17,371 bases of DNA from Candidatus Methylomirabilia bacterium (lineage in GTDB: Bacteria; Methylomirabilota; Methylomirabilia; Rokubacteriales; CSP1-6): positions 1 through 17,371 of the forward strand of contig JBGQEL010000090.1 of assembly GCA_041496385.1 (NCBI GenBank). The letters are read 5' to 3'. The position numbers and the translations under genes are program-made. The notes beneath the pieces were generated by a model that had not been told where the DNA came from, did not search any database, and was given only the letters and a program-made list of their open reading frames with translations. Shown in pieces: positions 1 through 7,376 of this stretch; position 1 is the first letter of the stretch, and each line of letters opens with the position of its first letter.

Positions 1-183
1 GTCTTCGCGGAGTCCTTCTTTCGCCCGATCCATCCGGGCGCGCTGACGCCGGAGATCTCGGCGAAGTTGAAGCCGCTCTCGGGCTCGTACGACACGCTGA
101 AGCCCTACGACCTGCCGCGGAAGGTGTAGATGGTGGATGCCTACAAGAAGGCCTGGATCGAGCAGGTTCGGCGCGCGCGGTGA
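1..183 (+). CDS. C-terminal fragment of a probable ABC transporter substrate-binding protein (5'-truncated by the window), with an in-frame TAG at 127-129
   Basis: Frame +1 reads VFAESFFRPIHPGALTPEISAKLKPLSGSYDTLKPYDLPRKV*MVDAYKKAWIEQVRRAR* (TGA 181-183). Codons are GC3-rich on both sides of the TAG. The tail resembles the terminal helix of PotD/AfuA-type binding proteins, and the gene sits directly upstream of two ABC permeases. Confidence 0.65.
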
Positions 184-214
184 AGACGACGGCGACGAGG
201 GGGGAGCGACGAGG

Positions 215-1105
215 GTGAGGGTGCGTATCGGCGGCCCGCTGCTGGTGGTGCCGCTCGTCGCCTTCCTGGTCGTCTTTCTGCTGTATCCGCTCTGCTACCT
301 GGCCGCGAACAGCCTCGTGCCCGGCGGCGGCGTGCTCGAGGGGCGGACGAAGCAGGTGGGTGGGTGGAGCCCGGCGCAGTGGCTGCAGACCGCGACTCCG
401 GAGAACTACGTCAAGCTCTTCCAGGATCGGTACTACGTCGCGTCGCTCGTCAACAGCGTCCTTCTCTCGCTCGCGGTCGCGGTCGGCTCCGTCGCACTCT
501 GCGTCGCGCCGGCCTGGGTCCTGGTGCGGACGCAGTTCCGGGGCAAGCGGCTCTTTCGCGCCGTGCTGACGATCCCGATGGCGTTCTCGGGCGTGATCGT
601 CGGCTTCATGATCGTGATCATGCTCGGACGCTGGGGCGCGATTCCCGCCTTCCTGCACTGGCTGACCGGAGAGGCCTACCTGTCGATGGTGGCCTACACC
701 CTCTCGGGTCTCGTCATCGCGTACGTCTATTTCGAGATTCCGCGGGCGACCCTGACGCTGGAAGCCGCCATCCGGCGGTTCGACTTCGACCTCGACGCCG
801 CGGCCCGGAGCCTGGGCGCCGGCCTGTGGCAGCGCCTCTGGTACGTCCTGATTCCGCTGCTGCTCCCGGCGATCATCTCGACGATCGCGCTGGCGTTCGC
901 GGTGTCCATGGGCTCCTTCGGTGTGGCGCTCATCATCGCCAAGAAGTTCCACGTGCTGCCCGTCGACATCTTCCTGGAGATCACCGGCTACGCGAACTTC
1001 GAGTTCGCGAGCGCGCTGTGCGTGGTCATGCTGGCCATCACGCTGACGACCAATCTCTACCTGCGGCGACTCGGTGAGAAGCACTACGTCTTCCGGCAGC
1101 GCTGA
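215..1105 (+). CDS. ABC transporter permease (PotB/FbpB-like, BPD_transp_1)
   Basis: About 6 hydrophobic segments, an EAA-like loop DLDAAARSLGA, and the NYVKLF / FAVSMGSFG motifs. Start placed at GTG 215 after GGGGAG (201-206). GTG 221 is an alternative. The ATG at 137 in the ORF track adds a non-coding-looking N-terminus that overlaps the upstream gene. Confidence 0.9.
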   Translation: MRVRIGGPLLVVPLVAFLVVFLLYPLCYLAANSLVPGGGVLEGRTKQVGGWSPAQWLQTATPENYVKLFQDRYYVASLVNSVLLSLAVAVGSVALCVAPAWVLVRTQFRGKRLFRAVLTIPMAFSGVIVGFMIVIMLGRWGAIPAFLHWLTGEAYLSMVAYTLSGLVIAYVYFEIPRATLTLEAAIRRFDFDLDAAARSLGAGLWQRLWYVLIPLLLPAIISTIALAFAVSMGSFGVALIIAKKFHVLPVDIFLEITGYANFEFASALCVVMLAITLTTNLYLRRLGEKHYVFRQR

Positions 1106-2024
1106 CGCGGGCGTCCCCGGCGCCGCGCGACAGCGGCCCATCGTCCTCACGACGATCGGCACCCGGCTGCTGTCGGCCGCCGCCTATCTCGTCAGCGCGC
1201 TCCTCGCGCTCGCCATCCTCGCCCCGGTCGCCGTCTCGTTCTGGGGGGCCATGACGACCTCGAAGGCGATGGGGACGGCGAGCGAGGTCGGGCCCGGGTG
1301 GCAGCCATCGGCGGCGAGCGGGGGCGGAGTGTTCGCCGAGCGCACCCGGGCGCAGAGGGGGTTCTTCACCCTGTTGTGGTACCGGTACGTGTTTCGCGTG
1401 TACGGCCGGACGATCCTGTTCACGCTTCAGCTCGCGGTCGTGTCGGTCGTCCTCACGACGGTGATCGGCGTGGCGGCCTCGTACGCGCTCGTCCGCTACC
1501 GGTTCCGCGGGCAGGCGCTCGTCGAGGAGGTCGTCCTTTTGCCGATGTCGATTCCGGGGATCGCCGTAGCCATCGCGTTGATCCAGGCGCACACGACGCT
1601 GCGTCCCACGTGGTACATCATCCTGGTCGGGCACCTGCTGTACACGATGCCGTTCATGATCCGGGCGGTGACGAACACGCTGCGCAGCTTCGACTTCGTG
1701 GCCCTCGAAGAGGCCGCCGCCAGCCTGGGCGCGACCTGGTGGCAGCGTATGCGCTGGGTGATCCTGCCGAACCTCAAGCATGCGATTCTCATCGGCTCGC
1801 TGCTCGTGTTCGCGATATCCCTCGGCGAGTTCAACGCGAGCTTCCTGCTGAACACGCCCATCAACCAGACGTACCCGGCCGTCCTGTACGACACTTACAA
1901 CCTGGATTCCTTCCAGGTGTCCAGCGCGGCGACGACGATCTTCATGGTCATGCTGTTTCCAGCGCTCCTCGCCCTCCAGTACGTCGGCGGGAGCGAGCTG
2001 GAGGAAGCGAGCCAGGGGGCATGA
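1074..2024 (+). CDS. ABC transporter permease (PotC-like, BPD_transp_1)
   Basis: FTLLWY motif, LLPMSIPGIA, EAA motif LEEAAASLGA, VILPNL and FAISLGEF, with multiple TM segments. The GTG 1074 start overlaps the previous gene and is uncertain. Confidence 0.9.
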   Translation: MRSTTSSGSADAGVPGAARQRPIVLTTIGTRLLSAAAYLVSALLALAILAPVAVSFWGAMTTSKAMGTASEVGPGWQPSAASGGGVFAERTRAQRGFFTLLWYRYVFRVYGRTILFTLQLAVVSVVLTTVIGVAASYALVRYRFRGQALVEEVVLLPMSIPGIAVAIALIQAHTTLRPTWYIILVGHLLYTMPFMIRAVTNTLRSFDFVALEEAAASLGATWWQRMRWVILPNLKHAILIGSLLVFAISLGEFNASFLLNTPINQTYPAVLYDTYNLDSFQVSSAATTIFMVMLFPALLALQYVGGSELEEASQGA

Positions 2025-2027
2025 TGC

Positions 2028-2056
2028 TTGACAGCGCGGTGCGCGTTGGGTATCAC
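2028..2056 (+). promoter_or_regulatory. Putative sigma70-type promoter for the catabolic operon
   Basis: Perfect TTGACA (2028-2033), a 17-nt spacer and TATCAC (2051-2056, 4/6 match to TATAAT), in the intergenic gap about 100 nt upstream of the acyl-CoA dehydrogenase. Confidence 0.6.
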
Positions 2057-2080
2057 GGTTCATGTTTTCTCTCCGCCCCC

Positions 2081-2102
2081 GATCCGCGCGGCACGGCGGA
2101 TC
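2081..2102 (+). other. Stem-loop in the predicted 5' UTR
   Basis: GATCCGC (2081-2087) and GCGGATC (2096-2102) form a perfect 7-bp inverted repeat around an 8-nt loop. There is no U-tract. Confidence 0.4.
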
Positions 2103-2160
2103 CCGCTCGAGGACACGGCGCTCACGTGAACGAGAGCCGTAGCGCGCCGGGCCGGTGACG

Positions 2161-3309
2161 ATGAGCGTCTTTGGCCCCGCGCATGAAGCGGTGCGCCGCA
2201 CCGTCCGCGCCTTCGTCGAGAAGGAGCTCGTTCCGCACGTCGACGAGTGGGAGGCGGCCGGGCGCTTCGCGCCGTGGGTCTGGCGGCGCCTCGGCGAGCT
2301 CGGCCTCCTCGGCATCGAGATCCCCGACGCGTACGGCGGCGCGGGCGCCGATTTCCTGCACACCGCGGTCTTCTGCGAAGAGCTGGCACGATGCCGGTCG
2401 GCCGGAGTCGCCATGGGGGTGCTGGCGAGCAAGGACATGGCGGCGCCACACATCGTCAACCTCGGCACGGAGGCGCAGAAGGCGCGCTGGCTCCCCGGCA
2501 TCGGCCGGGGCGAGACGGTCTGCGCCATCGCCGTGACCGAGCCGGGGGGCGGCAGCGACGTCGCCGCGATCCAGACGCGGGGGGAGCGGCGGGGCGAGGA
2601 ATGGATCCTCAACGGCTCGAAGATGTTCATCACGAACGGGGCCCAGGCCGACCTCTATGTCACGGCGGTCCGCACCCGCGCCCCCGAACCCGACAAGCGC
2701 TTCGGCGGCCTCAGCATCTTCCTGGTGGAACGGGACACACCGGGATTCATCGTGAGTCGCACGCTCGACAAGATGGGCAACCGGTCGTCGGACACCGCGG
2801 AGCTCTCCTTCGAGAACGCCCGGGTGCCCGCCGCCAGCCTGCTCGGGACCGAGGGGCGGGGCTTCTACGAGATCATGCGCAACTTCCAGCGCGAGCGCCT
2901 GGTGGCCGCGCTCTGGTTCGCCTCCGCCAGCCGCCAGGCCCTCGAGGACACGATCGCGTACGCCCGCCAGCGCGAGGCCTTCGGCGGGCCGCTGTCGAAG
3001 CTCCAGGTGATCCGCCACTGCATCGCGGGCCTCGCCGCGCAGCTCGAGAGCTTGACCGTGTTCCTGCATACGGTGGCGGCGCGCTACGCCGGCGGCGAGG
3101 ACTGCTCGACCGAAATCCCGATGGCGAAGCTTCTGGCCGGCGACCTCGCCAATCGCGTCGCCTACGACTGCACGCAGATCTTCGGCGGCTACGGCTACAT
3201 GCGCGAGTACCCGATCGAGCGCTTCTACCGCGACGCGCGCCTCTGGTCGATCGGCGGAGGGACGTCCGAGATCATGAAGGAAATCATCGCCCAGCGATTG
3301 CAGCTGTGA
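2161..3309 (+). CDS. Acyl-CoA dehydrogenase (LCAD/IVD/AtuD-like arrangement of the catalytic Glu)
   Basis: AIAVTEPGGGSDV, WILNGSKMFITNG, KMGNRSSDTAELSF, QIFGGYGYMREYPIERFYRDAR and IGGGTSEI. Glu is present in FQRERL and Gly replaces the MCAD-type Glu. Start is ATG 2161 or GTG 2155. Confidence 0.95.
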   Translation: MSVFGPAHEAVRRTVRAFVEKELVPHVDEWEAAGRFAPWVWRRLGELGLLGIEIPDAYGGAGADFLHTAVFCEELARCRSAGVAMGVLASKDMAAPHIVNLGTEAQKARWLPGIGRGETVCAIAVTEPGGGSDVAAIQTRGERRGEEWILNGSKMFITNGAQADLYVTAVRTRAPEPDKRFGGLSIFLVERDTPGFIVSRTLDKMGNRSSDTAELSFENARVPAASLLGTEGRGFYEIMRNFQRERLVAALWFASASRQALEDTIAYARQREAFGGPLSKLQVIRHCIAGLAAQLESLTVFLHTVAARYAGGEDCSTEIPMAKLLAGDLANRVAYDCTQIFGGYGYMREYPIERFYRDARLWSIGGGTSEIMKEIIAQRLQL

Positions 3310-3329
3310 GCCGGCGGCCGGCCGCCGGC
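3310..3329. repeat. Perfect 20-bp GC palindrome (intercistronic hairpin)
   Basis: GCCGGCGGCC|GGCCGCCGGC lies between the ACAD stop (3309) and the GGGGAG RBS (3330-3335) of the crotonase gene. Confidence 0.6.
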
Positions 3330-3344
3330 GGGGAGTCTCGAGAC

Positions 3345-4142
3345 ATGACGAACGACACGGTGCTTCTCAGCTCGCTCGAGGACGGCGTTCTCACGCTGAC
3401 GCTGAATCGCCCGCGCCGACTGAATGCGATGTCGCACGAGGTCTTCGCCGCGCTCGACGCGGCCGTCGTGGGGGCGTCCGACGACCGCGCGGTGCGGGTC
3501 GTGGTCGTGACGGGGGCGGGGACGATGTTCGCGGCCGGAGCGGATCTCGACATGGTCGAGGAGTTCGGGGATCCGGATCTGGCGCCCGCGGCGTTCCGGG
3601 CGAGGCTGAGGCGGCTGCAGTCGGTGTTCGATCGGTTCGAGCAGCTCGAGAAGCCCGTGATCGCCGCCATCAACGGCCCCTGCGTCGGCGGCGCCGTCGA
3701 CCTCGCGCTGGCCTGTGACCTCCGGATCGCCGTGACCGACGCCTACCTCATGATCCCGGAGGTCCGCCTCGGCATCATCCCGGACCTCGGCGCGACCCAG
3801 CGCCTGCCTCGCTTGATCGGCGTGGCCCGTGCGAAGGACCTGATCCTGACCGGTCGCCGCGTCAGCGCGGACGAGTGCCTGGCCATTGGGCTCGTCAACC
3901 GTGTCGTCGCGCGCGAGAAGCTGTCCGGGGCCGTCGACGAGATGGTGGCGCAGCTCAAGGCGGGTGCGCCGCTCGCGGTCGGCTTCGCCAAGCAGGCGAT
4001 CGACCGGGCGTGGGCGACGGACCTGCGCGCGGGCGAGGAGCTGGAGGCGTATCTCCAATCGCCGCTCTACCGCAGCGACGACGCCCGCGAGGGGTACGCC
4101 GCCTTCCGCGAGAAGCGGACGCCGAAGTGGACGGGGCGCTGA
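3345..4142 (+). CDS. Enoyl-CoA hydratase/isomerase (crotonase) family protein with a dienoyl-CoA isomerase-like active site
   Basis: LTLNRPRRLNAM, FAAGADL, KPVIAAINGPCVGGAVDLALACDLRIA, PEVRLGIIPDLGATQRLPRLIG and AFREKRTPKW. ATG 3345 follows RBS GGGGAG. This is the 3' part of ORF-track entry 2247..4142. Confidence 0.93.
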   Translation: MTNDTVLLSSLEDGVLTLTLNRPRRLNAMSHEVFAALDAAVVGASDDRAVRVVVVTGAGTMFAAGADLDMVEEFGDPDLAPAAFRARLRRLQSVFDRFEQLEKPVIAAINGPCVGGAVDLALACDLRIAVTDAYLMIPEVRLGIIPDLGATQRLPRLIGVARAKDLILTGRRVSADECLAIGLVNRVVAREKLSGAVDEMVAQLKAGAPLAVGFAKQAIDRAWATDLRAGEELEAYLQSPLYRSDDAREGYAAFREKRTPKWTGR

Positions 4143-4170
4143 CGTGACGGCGCGCTGACATGACGGCGCG
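4136..4170 (+). repeat. 16-bp tandem duplication spanning a stop/start junction
   Basis: GCGCTGACGTGACGGC (4136-4151), then GCGCTGACATGACGGC (4152-4167), then GCG. There is one mismatch between the copies (GTG vs ATG). Confidence 0.75.
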
Positions 4171-5356
4171 TCCGCTCCAGGGTCTCCGCGTCCTCGACCT
4201 CTCGCGCGAACTGCGCGGCGCCTACTGCGGCAGGCTCCTGGCCGAGTACGGCGCCGACGTCGTCGTCGTGGAGCCGCCCGAAGGAAATCCCTGGCGCGGC
4301 GTGGGGCCCTTCGTCGGCGAGACGCCGCATCCCGAGAAGAGTCTCTTCTTCCTCCACTACTACGCCGGTCGCCGCAGCGTGGTCGTCGATCTCGAGACGC
4401 CCCAGGGACGTCGGGTCCTCGATGCGCTCACGGCAACGGTCGACGTGCTGCTCCACGATCTGCCCCCCGGCCGCGCCTCCGCGCTCGGGCTCGAGCCGGA
4501 CCGGCTCGCCGAGAGCCATCCGCGGCTCATCCTGGCGGCCGTCACGGCGTTCGGCGAGGTGGGACCCGAGCGCGCGGTCATCGGCGGCGATCTGGTGGTG
4601 ACGGCGGCCGGAGGTCTGGCGGCGCTCACCGGCGATCCGACGCGGGCGCCGCTACGCCCCGGCGGCGACCAGGGTGAGCACATCACGGCGCTCCACGCCG
4701 CGGTCGTCATCGTCGCGGCCGTCCTGGCGCGCGACGCGAGCGCGACGACCGGCGTCCACCTCGACGTGTCGGCACAGGAGTCGGTCGCCTCGGTGCTCGA
4801 GAACGCGATGGAGTTCGCGCTTCTGGAGAACCGGACGATCCCCCGCCAGAACGGCCGCCACCCGATCTCGTGGCCGGGGCGGGTCTTTCCGTGCGACGGC
4901 GGCTTCGTGGTGATGAGCTGCGGCTCGGCCGCCCAGGCCCGCGCGTGTTTCTCCCTCGTCGGCGACGCGGTGACGGCGGCGGATCCCGTGCTCGAGGACC
5001 GCGACGTGCGCCGCGCCCACGCCGATCGTCTGGAGGCGAGGCTCATCGAGGGCCTGGGCCGCTTCGGGCCCGAGGATCTGTTCCATCGAGGCCAGGACCT
5101 CGGGATCCCGATCGGCGTCGTGCACACGCCGCGCTCGCTGCTCGACGACCCGCAGCTGGTGGCCGACCGCTTCTTCCGTGCGATGGAGCACCCCGATGCC
5201 GGCGACTACACCGACCTGGGCCCGCCGTTCCGCATCGATGCGACCGCCCCCCACTTGACGCGCGCGCCCCGGCTGGGGGAGCACTCGAGGGCGGTGTTGT
5301 CGGAGGTCGGCCTCGACGCGGACGGGCGCCAGGAGCCGGCGGGCGTTGCCCATTGA
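4160..5356 (+). CDS. Class III (CaiB/BaiF) CoA-transferase, probable non-catalytic BbsE-like subunit
   Basis: PLQGLRVLDLS, GRLLAEYGADVVVVEPPEG, HLDVSAQE and APRLGEH. The expected catalytic Asp position reads GDQGEH (Glu at 4676-4678), and the usual NRNKRS motif is degenerate (YAGRRS). Confidence 0.9.
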   Translation: MTARPLQGLRVLDLSRELRGAYCGRLLAEYGADVVVVEPPEGNPWRGVGPFVGETPHPEKSLFFLHYYAGRRSVVVDLETPQGRRVLDALTATVDVLLHDLPPGRASALGLEPDRLAESHPRLILAAVTAFGEVGPERAVIGGDLVVTAAGGLAALTGDPTRAPLRPGGDQGEHITALHAAVVIVAAVLARDASATTGVHLDVSAQESVASVLENAMEFALLENRTIPRQNGRHPISWPGRVFPCDGGFVVMSCGSAAQARACFSLVGDAVTAADPVLEDRDVRRAHADRLEARLIEGLGRFGPEDLFHRGQDLGIPIGVVHTPRSLLDDPQLVADRFFRAMEHPDAGDYTDLGPPFRIDATAPHLTRAPRLGEHSRAVLSEVGLDADGRQEPAGVAH

Positions 5357-6543
5357 AGCGCGTCCTGCTTCTCGGAGGCATCCGCGTCATCGACTTTTCG
5401 ACTGCCTACGCGGGCCCGTATGCGGGCAAGCTCCTCGCGGACCTCGGCGCCGCCGTCATTCACGTCGAGACCGGCGACCGTCTGGACATCATGCGCGAGT
5501 ACCCGCCGCACGGCGCGGCCGACGGCCCGGACCGTAGCGCCATCTTCGCCTCACTCCACCGGAACAAGCGCGGGCTGACGCTGAACCTCAAGACCGCGGG
5601 CGCGCGCGGCGTCATGGAACGACTCGTCGCCGCGAGCGACGTGCTCCTGGAGAATTTCACGCCGCGCGTCCTGCCCTCGCTCGGCTTCCCATGGGCGCGG
5701 CTCCAGACACTCAACCCGCGCCTCGTCTACTGCGCGATGCCCGGCTTCGGCGCCAGCGGACCCCACCGCGAGTATCGGAGCTATGGACCGACGCTCGAAG
5801 GCCAGAGCGGGCTCGCGTCCCTCACGGGGTACGAGGGCGAAGCGCCGCTCCGCATGGGGTGCTCGTATCCCGATATGGTCGGCGGCGTCACCGGGGCCTT
5901 CGCGATCCTCGCAGCGCTGCGCGAGCGGACCCGGACGGGCCGGGGCGCGCTCATCGAGCTGCCCCAACAGCAGGCGGCCGCGGCGCTGACGGGGATCGCG
6001 GTCTCGGAGTGGTCGCTGAACGGGCGGGTCATGGGTCGCCTGGGCAACGCCCATCCCTGGTTCGTGCCCCACGGAATCTATCGGTCGGCGGGTCACGATC
6101 GGTGGATCGCGATCGTCGTGCGCGACGACCCGGCCTGGGCTCAGCTCGCGCCGCTCGTCGGGCTGCCCGCGATGAGCCGCGCCGAGCGGCAGCGCCGCCG
6201 CGCGGAGATCGACGCGAGGATCGAGGCGTGGACCGCGGAGCACGAGCCCGAAGCCCTGTCGCGACGCCTTCACGGGCTGGGCGTGGAGGCGTATCCGGTC
6301 CGGACGGCGCTCGAGCTCGCCCGCGATCCCCATCTGGCCGCCCGCGGGTTCATCGAAACGATCCCGCACCCGACGCTCGGGCCGCTGCCCTACGCCGGCC
6401 CCCCGTGGCGGGTGACACGAGCCGAGACGGCGCCGCACACCGCGGCGCCGCGTCTCGGCGAGCATACCGAGGTGATCCTCGGCGAGCTGGGCTACGGCCA
6501 AGGTGAGATGGACGCCTTGCGAGCCGAGGGAGCGCTCAGGTGA
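5353..6543 (+). CDS. Class III (CaiB/BaiF) CoA-transferase, catalytic BbsF-like subunit
   Basis: GIRVIDFSTAYAGP, HRNKRGLTLNLK, DVLLENF, SYPDMVGG (catalytic Asp at 5872-5874), RTRTGRG and APRLGEHT. TTG 5353 overlaps the upstream TGA (TTGA). The ORF-track start at 4870 is an upstream extension. Confidence 0.92.
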   Translation: MKRVLLLGGIRVIDFSTAYAGPYAGKLLADLGAAVIHVETGDRLDIMREYPPHGAADGPDRSAIFASLHRNKRGLTLNLKTAGARGVMERLVAASDVLLENFTPRVLPSLGFPWARLQTLNPRLVYCAMPGFGASGPHREYRSYGPTLEGQSGLASLTGYEGEAPLRMGCSYPDMVGGVTGAFAILAALRERTRTGRGALIELPQQQAAAALTGIAVSEWSLNGRVMGRLGNAHPWFVPHGIYRSAGHDRWIAIVVRDDPAWAQLAPLVGLPAMSRAERQRRRAEIDARIEAWTAEHEPEALSRRLHGLGVEAYPVRTALELARDPHLAARGFIETIPHPTLGPLPYAGPPWRVTRAETAPHTAAPRLGEHTEVILGELGYGQGEMDALRAEGALR

Positions 6544-7376
6544 GCCCGCGACGGATCGAACCCATCGTGCTGAACGAAGCCGGCGCCGCCTCGCTCGCCG
6601 TGTCGCTCTCCCGGCTCGCGGAAGATCTGCGGACCCGATTGGCCGGACTGATCGCCGTCCACGCGGACGCCGCCACGGGCTTCGTGGACTATCGCCGGCT
6701 GGCGCGGTCGGCGGAGTGGCGCGCCGTCGTCGAGACGACCGGCGGGCTGGCGGGCGCGCGGGCCGAGGAGCTCGCGACCCCCGACGAGCAGATCGCGTTC
6801 TGGGCCAACCTCTACAATGCCTTGATCGTCCACGCGATCGTCGCGCTCGACATCCGGGAGGGCATCGGTGAGATCCACGAGTTTTTCCGACGCATCCGCT
6901 ACCTGGTCGGCGGCCAGCCCTTCTCGCTGCTCGACATCGAGCACGGCGTGCTCAGGCAGAACCGGCCGTCCCGCAACCAGCCGCATCCGGTCTTCGCGCC
7001 CGAGGATCCGCGCCGAGCCTGGATGGTCGCCCGGTTCGATCCCCAGGTGCATTTCGCCCTGATGTGTGGCACCCGCTCGTGTCCACCGATCCGCGCCTAT
7101 CGCGCCGAGCGCCTCGAGGCCCAGCTCGACCTCGCCACCCGCGGCTTCGTCAACGCCGACGTCGAGGTCGATCGGGTACGTAGCACCGTACGGCTCTCCC
7201 GCCTCTTCCACTGGTACGAGGCCGACTTCGGTGACCTCGTCCCGTGGCTCGTGCGCCATCTCGATCCCGGCCCGGGACGGGAGTGGCTCGCCGCCAACGC
7301 GAGCGCCACGACGCTCGAGTATCGAGCCTACGACTGGGCGCTCAACGATCGGGGCCGGGCGGTACCGCTGGCGTGA
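6540..7376 (+). CDS. DUF547 domain-containing protein
   Basis: VDY, EQIAFWANLYNA, SLLDIEHGVLR, DPQVHFALMCGTRSCPPI, LSRLFHWYEADFG and YDWALND. GTGA overlap with the upstream stop. No obvious signal peptide. Confidence 0.88.
   Translation: MSPRRIEPIVLNEAGAASLAVSLSRLAEDLRTRLAGLIAVHADAATGFVDYRRLARSAEWRAVVETTGGLAGARAEELATPDEQIAFWANLYNALIVHAIVALDIREGIGEIHEFFRRIRYLVGGQPFSLLDIEHGVLRQNRPSRNQPHPVFAPEDPRRAWMVARFDPQVHFALMCGTRSCPPIRAYRAERLEAQLDLATRGFVNADVEVDRVRSTVRLSRLFHWYEADFGDLVPWLVRHLDPGPGREWLAANASATTLEYRAYDWALNDRGRAVPLA

Noticed and set aside
2247..3344. Apparent 631-aa crotonase with a long N-terminal extension (similarly the extensions from 4870, 7244 and 8485)
   Set aside because: The extensions overlap upstream genes in another frame and are low-complexity. 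Real starts are supported by an RBS or by stop/start overlaps.
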